Source: Pseudolabrys sp. (GTDB lineage Bacteria; Pseudomonadota; Alphaproteobacteria; Rhizobiales; Xanthobacteraceae). From it: a DNA stretch of 64,000 bases. Within the stretch, counting starts at the first letter, position 1. Each line of letters opens with the position of its first letter. The notes under the pieces were generated by a model, which was given only the letters and a program-made list of their open reading frames with translations, searched no databases and had not been told where the DNA came from. The position numbers and the translations under genes were made by a program. Location: contig DATJVE010000017.1 in the NCBI GenBank assembly GCA_035501975.1, positions 44,933 through 108,932 of the forward strand, written 5' to 3'. This document shows positions 27,875 through 37,625 of this stretch, piece after piece.

Positions 27875-30800
27875 TCTGCGGCCTCCAGCTTGATCGTGGA
27901 CTTCGGCGCGGATTTGGGTGCGATGGCCAAAGCTTCGGGTTGATCGGCGGTCGGCTTGTCGAGCCAGTCGATTTTCGACATCTTGCGCACGACGACGAAT
28001 TCGTCGCGGTTGGAGCCGACCGTGCCGTAATAGTTGAAGCCGTAGGACTGCTGCGCGTAGCCGCCGATCATGTGCGTCGGCTTGAGCACGGTGCGGGTCA
28101 CCGAATTGTGGATGCCGCCGCGCTGGCCGGTCATTTCCGAGCCCGGCACGTTCACGATCTTCTCCTGCGCGTGATACATCAGGCACATGCCCTGCTTGAC
28201 GCGCTGCGACACCACCGCGCGCGCGACCAATGCGCCGTTGGTGTTGAACGCCTCGATCCAATCGTTGTCGACGATGCCGGCCTTCTTGGCGTCGATCTCG
28301 CTGATCCACACGATCGGCCCGCCGCGCGACAGCGTCAGCATCAGCAGGTTGTCGGTATAGGTCGAATGGATGCCCCACTTCTGGTGCGGCGTGATGAAGT
28401 TGAGCACGACGGCGTCGTTGCCGTTGGGCTTGCGGTCGATGATCGGATTGACCGACTTGGTGTCGATCGGCGGACGGTAGACGCAAAAGCCCTCGCCGAA
28501 CGCCCGCATCCACAGATGATCCTGGTAGAGCTGCTGGCGGCCGGTGAGCGTCCGCCAGGGGATCAATTCATGCACGTTGGTGTAACCGGCGTTGTAGCAG
28601 ACCTTCTCTGATTCCAGCCCTGACCAGATCGGCGACGAGATGATCTTACGCGGCTGCGCGACGATATCGCGGAAGCGGATTTTCTCGTCTTCCTTCGGGA
28701 TGGCGAGGTGGTTGTGGTCGCGCCCGGTGAAGCCGCCGAGCGATTCCCACGCCTTGATCGCGACCTCGCCGTTGGTTTCCGGCGCGAGGCTCAGGATGAC
28801 CTCGCAGGCGTCGATGTCGCTTTCGATCCGCGCCAGGCCCTTGCTCGCCCCTTCCTCCGTGACGGCGCCGTTGAGCCGCTTGAGGAAGTCGACCTCATGC
28901 TCGGTATTCCAGCTCATGCCTTTGCCGCCATTGCCGAGCTTGGCCATCAGCGGTCCGAGCGAGGTGAAGCGCTTGTAGAGGTTGGGATAGTCGCGTTCGA
29001 CCACCGTCACCGCCGGCATGGTCTTGCCCGGGATCGGATCGATTTCGCCCTTCTTCCAGTCCTTGACGTCGAAGGCTTGCGCGATCTCGCCCGCCGTGTC
29101 GTGCAGGATCGGCGTCAGCACTAGGTCCTTTTCGACGCCGAGCACTTCCGGCGCCACCGCCGAGAACGCCTTGGCGATGCCTTTGTAGATGTCCCAGTCG
29201 TTACGCGCCTCCCAGACCGGATCGACCGCCGAGGTCAGCGGGTGGATGAAGGGATGCATGTCGGAGGTGTTGAGATCGTTCTTCTCGTACCAGGTCGCGG
29301 TCGGCAGCACGATGTCGGAATACATGCAGGTCGTGGACATGCGGAAGTCGAGCGTGACCAGCAGATCGAGTTTTCCTTCCGGCGCCTGCTCGTGCCAGAC
29401 GACCTCGCTCGGCTTCTTCTTGCCGTCCTCGCCGAGGTTCTTGCCCATCACGCCATGCTTGGTGCCGAGCAGGTGCTTGAGGAAATACTCGTGGCCCTTG
29501 CCCGAGGCGCCCAGCAGATTGGAGCGCCAGACGAAAAGATTACGCGGCCAATTTTTCGGATTGTCCGGATCGTCGCAGGCGAGCTTCAACGCACCGGACT
29601 TTAACGCCTTCGCCACATAGTCCTTCGCTTCCAGACCCGAGGCGGCCGCCTGTTTGGCGACTTCGAGCGGATTGGCCTGCAGCTGCGGCGCCGATGGCAG
29701 CCAGCCCATGCGCTCGGCGTGCACGTTGTAGTCGATCAGCGCGCCGTCCCACGGACCGGCCGGCGCCGTCGGAGAGAGAATTTCCGATACGTCGAGCGTT
29801 TCGTAGCGCCACTGGTCGGTGTGCGCGTAAAACGCCGAGGTCGAATTGATCTGCCGCGGCGGGCGGCTCCAGTCGAGGCCGAAGGCGAGCGGCAACCAGC
29901 CGGTTTGCGGGCGCAGCTTTTCCTGGCCGACGTAGTGCGACCAACCGCCGCCGGACTGGCCGACGCAACCGCACATCACCAGCATGTTGATGATGCCGCG
30001 GTAGTTCATGTCCATGTGGTACCAGTGATTGAGACCGGCGCCGACGATGACCATCGAGCGCCCTTTGGTCTTCTCGGCGTTGAGCGCGAATTCGCGCGCC
30101 ACTGTGACGATCTGGTCGCGCGGCACGCCGGTGATCTTTTCCGCCCAGGCCGGGGTGTAGGGTTGTAAATCATCATAACTCTTGCCGAGGTGTTCGCCGC
30201 CGAAGCCCCGATCGACGCCGTAATTCGCGACGAACAGGTCGAACACCGAAGCGACCAGCGCCTCGCCCTCGACCAATTGCAGTTTCTTCACCGGGACATT
30301 GCGGATCAGCACGCCGGGATGGTCGGTGCCGAGGAAATGGTCGTGCTCGCGATTGCCGAAATAAGGAAAGCCAACCGCGGCGACGTCGTCCTTGATGGGC
30401 GCGAGCGACAACCGAAGCTTGGTGTCCTGTCCGTTCGAGGCTTTTTCCTCGAGGTTCCACTTGCCCTTTTCGCCCCAGCGGAAGCCGACCGAACCTTTCG
30501 GCACCACGATCGCGCCACTGGTCTCGTCATAGGCCAGCGTCTTCCACTCCGGATTATTGGTCTCGCCACAGGATTTCACGACATCGGAGGCGCGGACGAA
30601 GCGCTCCGGCACATAGTGCGCGCCCTGCTTCACCAGGCGCACCAGCATCGGCATGTCGGTGTATTGCCGAGCGTAATCCTCGAAATACTTGGCTTGCCGA
30701 TCGATATGGAATTCGCGCAGGATGACGTGGCCCATGGCCATCCCGAGCGCGGCGTCTGTGCCCTGCTTCGGCGACATCCACAGATCGGCGAATTTCGAGG

Positions 30801-31659
30801 CTTCCGAATAGTCCGGGCAGATCACCACGCTCTTGGCGCCGCGGTAGCGCGCCTCGGTATAGAAGTGCGCGTCGGGCGTGCGCGTTTGCGGTACGTTCGA
30901 ACCCCACAGCAGCAGGAAGCCCGAATTAAACCAGTCGGCGCTTTCCGGAACGTCCGTCTGCTCGCCCCAGGTTTGCGGGCTCGACGGCGGCAGGTCGCAG
31001 TACCAGTCGTAGAACGACATGCAAACGCCGCCCAGCAGCGACAGATAGCGCGAGCCCGCCGCATAGCTCACCATCGACATCGCCGGGATCGGCGAAAAGC
31101 CGAACACGCGGTCCGGCCCGTAGGTTTTCGCCGTATAGGCATTGGCCGAGGCAATGATCTCGTTGACCTCGTCCCAGGTCGAGCGGACGAAGCCGCCAAG
31201 ACCACGCTTGCTCACATAGGCCGCGCGCTTGGCCGGGTCTTCCACAATCGACTTCCAGGCGGCGACCGGGGTCCTGAGCGCGCGCGCCTCGCGCCACAGC
31301 TTGAGCAGCCGCGAGCGCACCAGCGGATATTTCACGCGATTGCCGGAATACAGATACCAGGAGTAGCTCGCGCCGCGCGCGCAGCCGCGCGGCTCGTGAT
31401 TGGGCAAATCGGGCCGCGTGCGCGGATAGTCGGTCTGCTGCGTTTCCCAGGTGACGATGCCGCCTTTGACGTAGATCTTCCAGGAGCACGACCCGGTGCA
31501 ATTGACGCCATGCGTCGAGCGCACGATCTTGTCGTGCTGCCAGCGCTTGCGGTAGCCGTCCTCCCAGCGCCGGTCCTCGCGGGTCACCACGCCGTGCCCG
31601 TCGGAGAAGTCATCGACCACGCGGTTGAAGAACGTGAGGCGATCGAGAAAGTGACTCAT
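27871..31659 (-). CDS. narG: Respiratory nitrate reductase alpha subunit
   Basis: RSTHGVNCTGSCSW, EPRGCARG, SFYDWYCDLP, TPHQKWGIHS. Confidence 0.98.
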   Translation of the reverse strand: MSHFLDRLTFFNRVVDDFSDGHGVVTREDRRWEDGYRKRWQHDKIVRSTHGVNCTGSCSWKIYVKGGIVTWETQQTDYPRTRPDLPNHEPRGCARGASYSWYLYSGNRVKYPLVRSRLLKLWREARALRTPVAAWKSIVEDPAKRAAYVSKRGLGGFVRSTWDEVNEIIASANAYTAKTYGPDRVFGFSPIPAMSMVSYAAGSRYLSLLGGVCMSFYDWYCDLPPSSPQTWGEQTDVPESADWFNSGFLLLWGSNVPQTRTPDAHFYTEARYRGAKSVVICPDYSEASKFADLWMSPKQGTDAALGMAMGHVILREFHIDRQAKYFEDYARQYTDMPMLVRLVKQGAHYVPERFVRASDVVKSCGETNNPEWKTLAYDETSGAIVVPKGSVGFRWGEKGKWNLEEKASNGQDTKLRLSLAPIKDDVAAVGFPYFGNREHDHFLGTDHPGVLIRNVPVKKLQLVEGEALVASVFDLFVANYGVDRGFGGEHLGKSYDDLQPYTPAWAEKITGVPRDQIVTVAREFALNAEKTKGRSMVIVGAGLNHWYHMDMNYRGIINMLVMCGCVGQSGGGWSHYVGQEKLRPQTGWLPLAFGLDWSRPPRQINSTSAFYAHTDQWRYETLDVSEILSPTAPAGPWDGALIDYNVHAERMGWLPSAPQLQANPLEVAKQAAASGLEAKDYVAKALKSGALKLACDDPDNPKNWPRNLFVWRSNLLGASGKGHEYFLKHLLGTKHGVMGKNLGEDGKKKPSEVVWHEQAPEGKLDLLVTLDFRMSTTCMYSDIVLPTATWYEKNDLNTSDMHPFIHPLTSAVDPVWEARNDWDIYKGIAKAFSAVAPEVLGVEKDLVLTPILHDTAGEIAQAFDVKDWKKGEIDPIPGKTMPAVTVVERDYPNLYKRFTSLGPLMAKLGNGGKGMSWNTEHEVDFLKRLNGAVTEEGASKGLARIESDIDACEVILSLAPETNGEVAIKAWESLGGFTGRDHNHLAIPKEDEKIRFRDIVAQPRKIISSPIWSGLESEKVCYNAGYTNVHELIPWRTLTGRQQLYQDHLWMRAFGEGFCVYRPPIDTKSVNPIIDRKPNGNDAVVLNFITPHQKWGIHSTYTDNLLMLTLSRGGPIVWISEIDAKKAGIVDNDWIEAFNTNGALVARAVVSQRVKQGMCLMYHAQEKIVNVPGSEMTGQRGGIHNSVTRTVLKPTHMIGGYAQQSYGFNYYGTVGSNRDEFVVVRKMSKIDWLDKPTADQPEALAIAPKSAPKSTIKLEAAE

Positions 31660-31794
31660 GGAAGTTCCTCAGCTGCTGACTGCGTCGACGAGACTCCGTC
31701 GATACAATTGCGGGTTTTCTAGGCTCGGCTTCAGGTTCCGAAAATTCAGTTCGGTCCCCTAAGGAAAGTCCCGGAGGTATCTGCCTCCACCTCC

Positions 31795-34542
31795 CTACTC
31801 GGCCGGTTGCGCGGCCGCGGGCGGCAGCGGACGGCCGCCGCGTTCGACCTCGCGCAACAAGCCACCGCGACGCGTGTAGAAAAGCCAGGTGATGGCGACG
31901 CAGGTCACGTAGAACGCCATGAATCCCCACAGCGCCAGTTCCGGCCCGCCGCTGAGCGCAATCGATGAGCCGTAGGCTTTGGGGATGAAGAAGGCGCCAT
32001 AGGCGGCGACCGCCGAGGTGAAGCCGATGATCGCCGCCGATTCCATCTCGGCTTGCTTCTGTCGCGCCGGCGCGGCGAGGCTGGGCTCCAACCGCGGCAT
32101 CTCAGTCCGCATGATCGCCGGGATCATCTGGAAGGTAGAAGCATTGCCCACCCCGGTCGCGAAAAACAGGATCATGAACATGGCGAAGAAACCCCAGAAC
32201 GCGCCTGCTTGATCCTTGATGCCGAGGAAGTAGAGAACGCCGCCGACCGCCGCGATCATCAATGTGAACACCCAGAACGTGACGCGGCCGCCGCCATAGC
32301 GATCCGACAGCCAACCGGTTGCCGAGCGCGACAGCGCGCCGACCAGGGGTCCCAGGAAGATAAATTTGAGCGAGTCGACCTGCGGGAACATGGTCTTGGC
32401 CAACAGCGGGAACCCGGCCGAATAGCCGATGAACGAGCCGAAGGTGCCGGTGTAGAGCCAGCACATCAGCCAATTGTGCTTGCGCTTGAAGATCACCGCC
32501 TGGTCGGCGAACGAGGCCCGCATGTCGGCGATGTCGTGCATGCCGAACCATGCCGCGAAGGCGGAGATGGCGATGAAGGGCACCCAGATGAAGCCGGCGT
32601 TCTGCAGCCAAAGCTTACTGGCGCCGTCGGCGGCCACTTGCGGGTCGCCGCCGAACCAGCCGAACACGCCGGTGGTGATCACCAGCGGGATGACGAATTG
32701 CCCGACGCTGACGCCGAGATTGCCGAGCCCGGCGTTGAGCGCGAGCGCGTTGCCCTTCTCCGCCTTGGGGAAGAAGAAACTGATGTTCGCCATCGAGGAG
32801 GCGAAGTTGCCGCCGCCGAGGCCGCATAGCAGCGCCAGCGACAGGAAGAAGATGTACGGCGTATCGGGGCTTTGCACCGCAAGGCCGATGCCGACCGCCG
32901 GCACCATCAACGACCAGGTCGAAACGGACGTCCACAAGCGCCCGCCGAAGATCGGCGGCATGAACGAATAGAAGATGCGCAGCGTGGCACCCGACAGGCC
33001 GGGCATGGCCGCCAGCCAGAACAGTTGATCGGTGGTGAACTTGAAGCCGACCGAAGGCAGTTTGGCGACCACAACCGACCACACCATCCAGATCACGAAG
33101 GCCAGCAGCAGCGCCGGGATCGAGATCCACAAGTTGCGCCGGGCGATGGCGCGCCCCTTGGTTCTCCAGAACTCCGGGTCCTCCGGCTTCCACTCGACCA
33201 GAACGTGGCCGGCCAGAGCGCCGACGTGCTTCTCCTCGTGGATCGGTTGCATTTCGGGGAATTGCGGCAGCCTGCGCAAGCCTGGTTCGAGGTGCTCCTG
33301 CTCCATGCGACGGATGGCGAGATGCATCCACACCAGCGAACCGGCGGCGATCAGGAACAGCAACATGAAGCAACTGGTCCAGATGCCGGTCAGATCGTTG
33401 AGCGCGCCGAAGGCGATCGGCAGCACGAAGCCGCCGAGGCCGCCGATCATGCCGACCAGGCCGCCGACCGAGCCGACATTGTTCGGATAATAGACCGGGA
33501 TGTGCTTGTAGACCGCGGCCTTGCCCAAGCTCATGAAGAAGCCGAGCACGAAAATCAGGCAGGTGAAGGTGACGACGCCGGTCGCCATGTGGAAGTGCAG
33601 CGGACCCTTCATGCCCTGCACCACGTATTCGGTGGGCGGATAGGCCAGAATGAACGTGATCAGCGCCGAGACGCCGAACATCCAATACATGATGCGGCGC
33701 GCGCCATAGCGGTCGGAGAGAACGCCGCCGTAGATGCGGAACAGGCTCGCGGGAATCGAGTAAGCGGCGCCGAGCATGCCCGCAGTTTCGATATCGAGCT
33801 TGTAGACGCCGATCAGATAGCGCGGCAGCCACAGCGACAGCGCCACGAAGGCGCCGAAGGTGAAGAAATAATACAGTGAGAAACGCCAGACCTGAACGTT
33901 CTTCAGCGGTTCGAGCTCGAGCCAGGTGCTGCGCGGCCGTTCGCCTTTAGCGCGGCGCGCGAGCTCCGCCGGGTCTTCCTTGGTGAAGATCCAGAACACC
34001 ACGCCCATGATGGCGATGGCCGCGGCCCAGACCTGCGCGGTTACTTGCCAGCCGTAGGCGACTAGCACAAACGGTGCGCAGAATTTGGTGACCGCCGCGC
34101 CGACATTGCCGGCGCCAAAAATCCCCAGCGCAGTTCCCTGCTTTTCCGCAGGATACCAACGCGAAACGTAGGCGATGCCGACCGCGAAGGAGCCGCCGGC
34201 AACCCCGACGCCAAGCGCGGCGACGAGAATTTGCGGATAGGTGTGAGCGTAGGTCAGCAGGAATGTGGCGAGCGCCGCCGCCAGCATGACCACTGTGTAG
34301 ATGCGACGGCCGCCGTATTGATCGGTCCAGATGCCGAGGAAGATACGCACCAGCGAGCCGGTCAGGATGGGCGTTCCGACCAGAAGGCCGAACTGCGTCT
34401 CGTTGAGGCCAAGCTGCTGCTTAATCTGCACGCCGATGATGGCAAAGATGGTCCAGACCGCGAAGCAGGCGGTGAAGGCGATGGCGGACATCCAGAGCGC
34501 CCGGCTTTGTCCTGGGACACTCGCTACCGATTTTTCTTGCAT
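31795..34542 (-). CDS. narK: Fused NarK1-NarK2 nitrate/nitrite MFS transporter
   Basis: Two complete MFS modules: GTALGIFGAGNVG in the first; RRNLWISIP and GGGNFASSMANISFFFP in the second. Confidence 0.93.
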   Translation of the reverse strand: MQEKSVASVPGQSRALWMSAIAFTACFAVWTIFAIIGVQIKQQLGLNETQFGLLVGTPILTGSLVRIFLGIWTDQYGGRRIYTVVMLAAALATFLLTYAHTYPQILVAALGVGVAGGSFAVGIAYVSRWYPAEKQGTALGIFGAGNVGAAVTKFCAPFVLVAYGWQVTAQVWAAAIAIMGVVFWIFTKEDPAELARRAKGERPRSTWLELEPLKNVQVWRFSLYYFFTFGAFVALSLWLPRYLIGVYKLDIETAGMLGAAYSIPASLFRIYGGVLSDRYGARRIMYWMFGVSALITFILAYPPTEYVVQGMKGPLHFHMATGVVTFTCLIFVLGFFMSLGKAAVYKHIPVYYPNNVGSVGGLVGMIGGLGGFVLPIAFGALNDLTGIWTSCFMLLFLIAAGSLVWMHLAIRRMEQEHLEPGLRRLPQFPEMQPIHEEKHVGALAGHVLVEWKPEDPEFWRTKGRAIARRNLWISIPALLLAFVIWMVWSVVVAKLPSVGFKFTTDQLFWLAAMPGLSGATLRIFYSFMPPIFGGRLWTSVSTWSLMVPAVGIGLAVQSPDTPYIFFLSLALLCGLGGGNFASSMANISFFFPKAEKGNALALNAGLGNLGVSVGQFVIPLVITTGVFGWFGGDPQVAADGASKLWLQNAGFIWVPFIAISAFAAWFGMHDIADMRASFADQAVIFKRKHNWLMCWLYTGTFGSFIGYSAGFPLLAKTMFPQVDSLKFIFLGPLVGALSRSATGWLSDRYGGGRVTFWVFTLMIAAVGGVLYFLGIKDQAGAFWGFFAMFMILFFATGVGNASTFQMIPAIMRTEMPRLEPSLAAPARQKQAEMESAAIIGFTSAVAAYGAFFIPKAYGSSIALSGGPELALWGFMAFYVTCVAITWLFYTRRGGLLREVERGGRPLPPAAAQPAE

Positions 34543-34615
34543 GCTTTGGCCCCTGCTGCAGATCGATGTCTGTAATTTGTTGGTCCCCGTAAAGCAGAGC
34601 CAAAGCGTAACGACT

Positions 34616-34629
34616 TTGAGATCGGTCAA
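34616..34629. promoter_or_regulatory. FNR-type box for the nar operon
   Basis: TTGAGatcgGTCAA (TTGA-N6-TCAA). Confidence 0.7.
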
Positions 34630-34726
34630 TAATTCTGCATTTTTATTTTCGCGTTTCTTGCTTTACTGAATTCGTCTCTCTGTTTGACTTATCTAACATT
34701 ATGGTTTGATACTCTTCGTCGTTGGA

Positions 34727-34740
34727 TTGATAATTATCAA
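34727..34740. promoter_or_regulatory. FNR-type box upstream of the Crp/Fnr regulator
   Basis: TTGATaattATCAA, perfect palindrome. Confidence 0.85.
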
Positions 34741-34786
34741 ACGCAACGTCGCGGCTCGCCCTACATTTCGCGGAGAGAGGACCACC

Positions 34787-35473
34787 ATGCGACAAGCCGA
34801 ATGTAAGCTCGTCCGGGCGCTGCCCCTGTTTAGGGACGTACACGAAGCGCAGTTCAAGCATTTGATGGGCGCCGCGTTTCTGCAGCGCTTTCCAGAACGG
34901 ATGGTCCTTATCAAAGAAGGCGAAATGCCCGACTTTCTGCATATCGTGGTGGAAGGTTCGGTCGAATTGTTTGGCAGCGACGACGGGCGCGAGACGACCA
35001 TCGAGATCCTGCATCCGGTCACCACGTTCATCCTGGCGGCCGTCGTCCGCGACGAGGTCTATCTCAAGTCCGCGCGCACGCTGACGCCGGCGCAAATTCT
35101 GATGATCCCCGTAGTCGCGGTGCGTGACGTTTTTGGGCGTGATGCTGCCTTCGCCCGCGCCATCGTTAATGAATTGGCTGGGCGCTATCGCGCGCTGGTC
35201 CGTTCCCTCAAAGACGAGAAGCTGCGCACCGGCGCGCAACGACTTGCCAACTGGATCCTGCGCGCCAATGCCCAGGATCACCGGCGCAATATCGAGTTGG
35301 AATTTGACAAGCGCACGCTGGCCTCGCTGCTGGGCATGACGCCGGAAAACCTGTCGCGAAATCTGGCGCTGCTCGCGGGTCACGGCGTGAAGAGCTCGGG
35401 CCGCGATATCGTCATCGAGGATGAGCGCGCGCTGGAACAATTTGCCAAACCGAATGCACTAATTGACGGCTGA
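34787..35473 (+). CDS. Crp/Fnr family regulator (NarR/FtrB-like)
   Basis: cNMP-type domain, RLANWIL, HTH LASLLGMTPENLSR; no FNR cysteine cluster; divergent from narK. Confidence 0.88.
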   Translation: MRQAECKLVRALPLFRDVHEAQFKHLMGAAFLQRFPERMVLIKEGEMPDFLHIVVEGSVELFGSDDGRETTIEILHPVTTFILAAVVRDEVYLKSARTLTPAQILMIPVVAVRDVFGRDAAFARAIVNELAGRYRALVRSLKDEKLRTGAQRLANWILRANAQDHRRNIELEFDKRTLASLLGMTPENLSRNLALLAGHGVKSSGRDIVIEDERALEQFAKPNALIDG

Positions 35474-35508
35474 TTGAAGCGGTTAGCCGATCGACCGCAG
35501 CCGTCCGC

Positions 35509-36174
35509 TCAGGCCTCGAACTTCGGAAACAAGATGTTGTTTTCGATGTGGATGTGTTCGGTCAGATCCTCGGCCAGTTTGCCAAGTCCGGCATAGAGCG
35601 CGCGCCAGCTCGTGCAGGCGTCGTCGGGAAGCGTCAGGTCGCCGGTGAGATCGGCCAGGGCCTTAAGCTCCTCGCCGTGCGAGTCATGCTCGTGACGCAT
35701 CATGCCGATCGGGTGCACGATCATCGGGCTGCCGCCGACGCGCATGAGCGGGAAGAGGATTTGCTCTTCCTTCTGCATGTGCGATTCGAGTTCGCCGTGC
35801 ATGCGTTCAAGCAGATTCGCGAGGCCTTTCGGCGCCGCCCGGTGACCCGCATGGACGCGTTCGACGCGCAGGGCAAGCGCGCGCAATTCCGGCATCTCCT
35901 GCCGGTGCACCTGGTGATAGCGATCCAGAATATGCTCGATCAGCTCGTCGACGCTCTCCGGCAAGGAATTTGGCGCGGCCCTTAACGACGCCAATTCTGC
36001 TTCGACAGGCGCAAGATCGACGCCCTTGTGGCGGGCGGCCTCATCGAGGCTTTCCGAACCGCCGCAGCAGAAGTCGAGCTTGTAGCGGCGGAAAACGGCG
36101 GTCGCTCCGGGCAGGCTCGCCGCGATATCGCCCAGACTGCGGGACGCCAAGGATCGAGCTTCGACCTGCAACAT
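35509..36174 (-). CDS. ytfE: Iron-sulfur cluster repair di-iron protein (RIC)
   Basis: LDFCCGG, RYHQVHR, HMQKEEQILFP, EHDSH, HIHIENNILFP. Confidence 0.95.
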   Translation of the reverse strand: MLQVEARSLASRSLGDIAASLPGATAVFRRYKLDFCCGGSESLDEAARHKGVDLAPVEAELASLRAAPNSLPESVDELIEHILDRYHQVHRQEMPELRALALRVERVHAGHRAAPKGLANLLERMHGELESHMQKEEQILFPLMRVGGSPMIVHPIGMMRHEHDSHGEELKALADLTGDLTLPDDACTSWRALYAGLGKLAEDLTEHIHIENNILFPKFEA

Positions 36175-36194
36175 GACACGGCTCCTCTGCCTTT

Positions 36195-36213
36195 TTGGTA
36201 TTTGTATTACCAA
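36195..36213. promoter_or_regulatory. Putative Rrf2/NsrR operator (ytfE)
   Basis: TTGGTAT-ttgta-TTACCAA. Confidence 0.6.
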
Positions 36214-36232
36214 TTACGCTATGCGAGTAATA

Positions 36233-36249
36233 TGGTATCGTCAATACCA
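36233..36249. promoter_or_regulatory. Putative Rrf2/NsrR operator (ygbA)
   Basis: TGGTAT-cgtca-ATACCA. Confidence 0.7.
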
Positions 36250-36277
36250 ATATAGAAAGATTTGGCGGTACCTGGTT

Positions 36278-36649
36278 ATGACCGAGCGAGATTGTCAAAC
36301 GGGCGGCAGAGACGCCTTCACGCGGCGCGCGCGCGAATTCAAGATGATCGGGGCCATGCTGCGCATGTATTGCTGCACCCACCACGACGCCCCGGGCTCT
36401 GTGCTTTGCACTGAATGCATCGAATTGCACAATTACGCGCGCCGGCGGCTGCAGCGTTGCGTGTTCGGCGAGGCGAAACCGACTTGCGCCAACTGCACCG
36501 TGCATTGCTACAAAACGGCCATGCGCGAGCGGATCAGAATCGTGATGCGCTGGGCCGGCCCGCGCATGCTATGGCATCATCCGGTGCTGGCGCTCCGGCA
36601 CATGATCGACGGTCGTCTGCCGGCGCAGTCCCTTCATCGGTCGCAATAG
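36278..36649 (+). CDS. ygbA: YgbA family (nitrous oxide-stimulated promoter) protein
   Basis: MYCCTHH, CTEC, RLQRCVFGEAKPTCANCTVHCY, VMRWAGPRMLWHHP. Confidence 0.88.
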   Translation: MTERDCQTGGRDAFTRRAREFKMIGAMLRMYCCTHHDAPGSVLCTECIELHNYARRRLQRCVFGEAKPTCANCTVHCYKTAMRERIRIVMRWAGPRMLWHHPVLALRHMIDGRLPAQSLHRSQ

Positions 36650-36969
36650 TGCACCTGCATCGTCTTGCAGCGGAGAAGGCTGCCGGCGACCGCGCTGACG
36701 GCCGCAACGACGGTCAAGATTAGCGCCGCGCGCAGCCACGGCTGATCGAAGGACCAGCGTTGCATCGCAATTTGCCAGGCCGTCATCAGCCATACGGCGG
36801 CGGCGGCATAAGCCAATCCTTGCAAGAGCAGCAGGCTCCAGCGCTGCCGGACGAAGAACAACAAAGGCGCCCCCAGACACAGCGCGACGCCGATCATATT
36901 GCCCAGGCGCAGAAAATGAGCGGCGATCAGCACAGCGGCAACAACGTAAAACGAAATTCTGGCGATCAT
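36634..36969 (-). CDS. Small membrane protein, hypothetical
   Basis: Four hydrophobic segments; AAHFLR and W.R...IL pattern. Confidence 0.65.
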   Translation of the reverse strand: MIARISFYVVAAVLIAAHFLRLGNMIGVALCLGAPLLFFVRQRWSLLLLQGLAYAAAAVWLMTAWQIAMQRWSFDQPWLRAALILTVVAAVSAVAGSLLRCKTMQVHYCDR

Positions 36970-37016
36970 GGCGCTCGGTCTCAGCATCGAAGCGCTGGCT
37001 CGCTACGCCCATAATG

Positions 37017-37033
37017 TGGTATCGTCAATACCA
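37017..37033. promoter_or_regulatory. Putative Rrf2/NsrR operator (autoregulatory)
   Basis: TGGTAT-cgtca-ATACCA, identical to 36233-36249. Confidence 0.7.
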
Positions 37034-37048
37034 AATCTGGAGCCCGCC

Positions 37049-37546
37049 ATGAAATTGCTGACGTCGACCGATTTCGCCTTGCGCGTCCTGATGCGGCTGT
37101 CGACGACGCCGGATAAGCACGTGAGCACCGATGCGCTGGCATGTGAACTCGTCGTATCGCGCCACCACCTGCACAAGATCGTTCAGTACCTCACCGAGGC
37201 AGGGCTGGTGCGCACAATCCGCGGCGCGCGCGGCGGCGTCATGCTGGCGCGCCCGGCACGCGAGATCAAAGTGGGCGACGTGATCCGCAGTCACGAGAAC
37301 GATCAGGCCTTGGTCGAATGCTTTCGCGCCGATGGCGGCGCTTGCACGCTACTGCCGCGCTGCCGCCTACGCAGCATGTTGGACGGTGCCCAGAACGCGT
37401 TCTATCAATACCTCGACCGGTTCACGCTGGCGGATTGCCTCGCCGAACGCGGGCTATTCATTGACGACCATGAAGGCCGAAAAAAGCAGCGTCCACTTGG
37501 GCGGCCGGCGCCGCAGCGGCGCTTACCTCGCGTCAAATATTCCTAG
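37049..37546 (+). CDS. nsrR: Rrf2 family NO-responsive regulator (NsrR-like)
   Basis: TDFALRVLM, SRHHLHKIV, RGARGG, three cysteines in LVECF...CTLLPRC; next to ytfE and ygbA. Confidence 0.8.
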   Translation: MKLLTSTDFALRVLMRLSTTPDKHVSTDALACELVVSRHHLHKIVQYLTEAGLVRTIRGARGGVMLARPAREIKVGDVIRSHENDQALVECFRADGGACTLLPRCRLRSMLDGAQNAFYQYLDRFTLADCLAERGLFIDDHEGRKKQRPLGRPAPQRRLPRVKYS

Positions 37547-37560
37547 CGACGGCGAAAGAC

Positions 37561-37576
37561 CCGCCGACGTCGGCGG
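37561..37576. terminator. Palindromic hairpin between convergent genes
   Basis: CCGCCGACGTCGGCGG perfect palindrome; no strong U-tract. Confidence 0.3.
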
Positions 37577-37625
37577 CGGTCCTACCCGCGATGAACAAGG
37601 CGGAGCATCGACGTAACAAGTTCGA

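Noticed and set aside
22590-37546. Complete denitrification cluster
   Set aside because: No nir, nor, nos or hmp genes in the window; only nitrate-to-nitrite reduction and NO-stress genes
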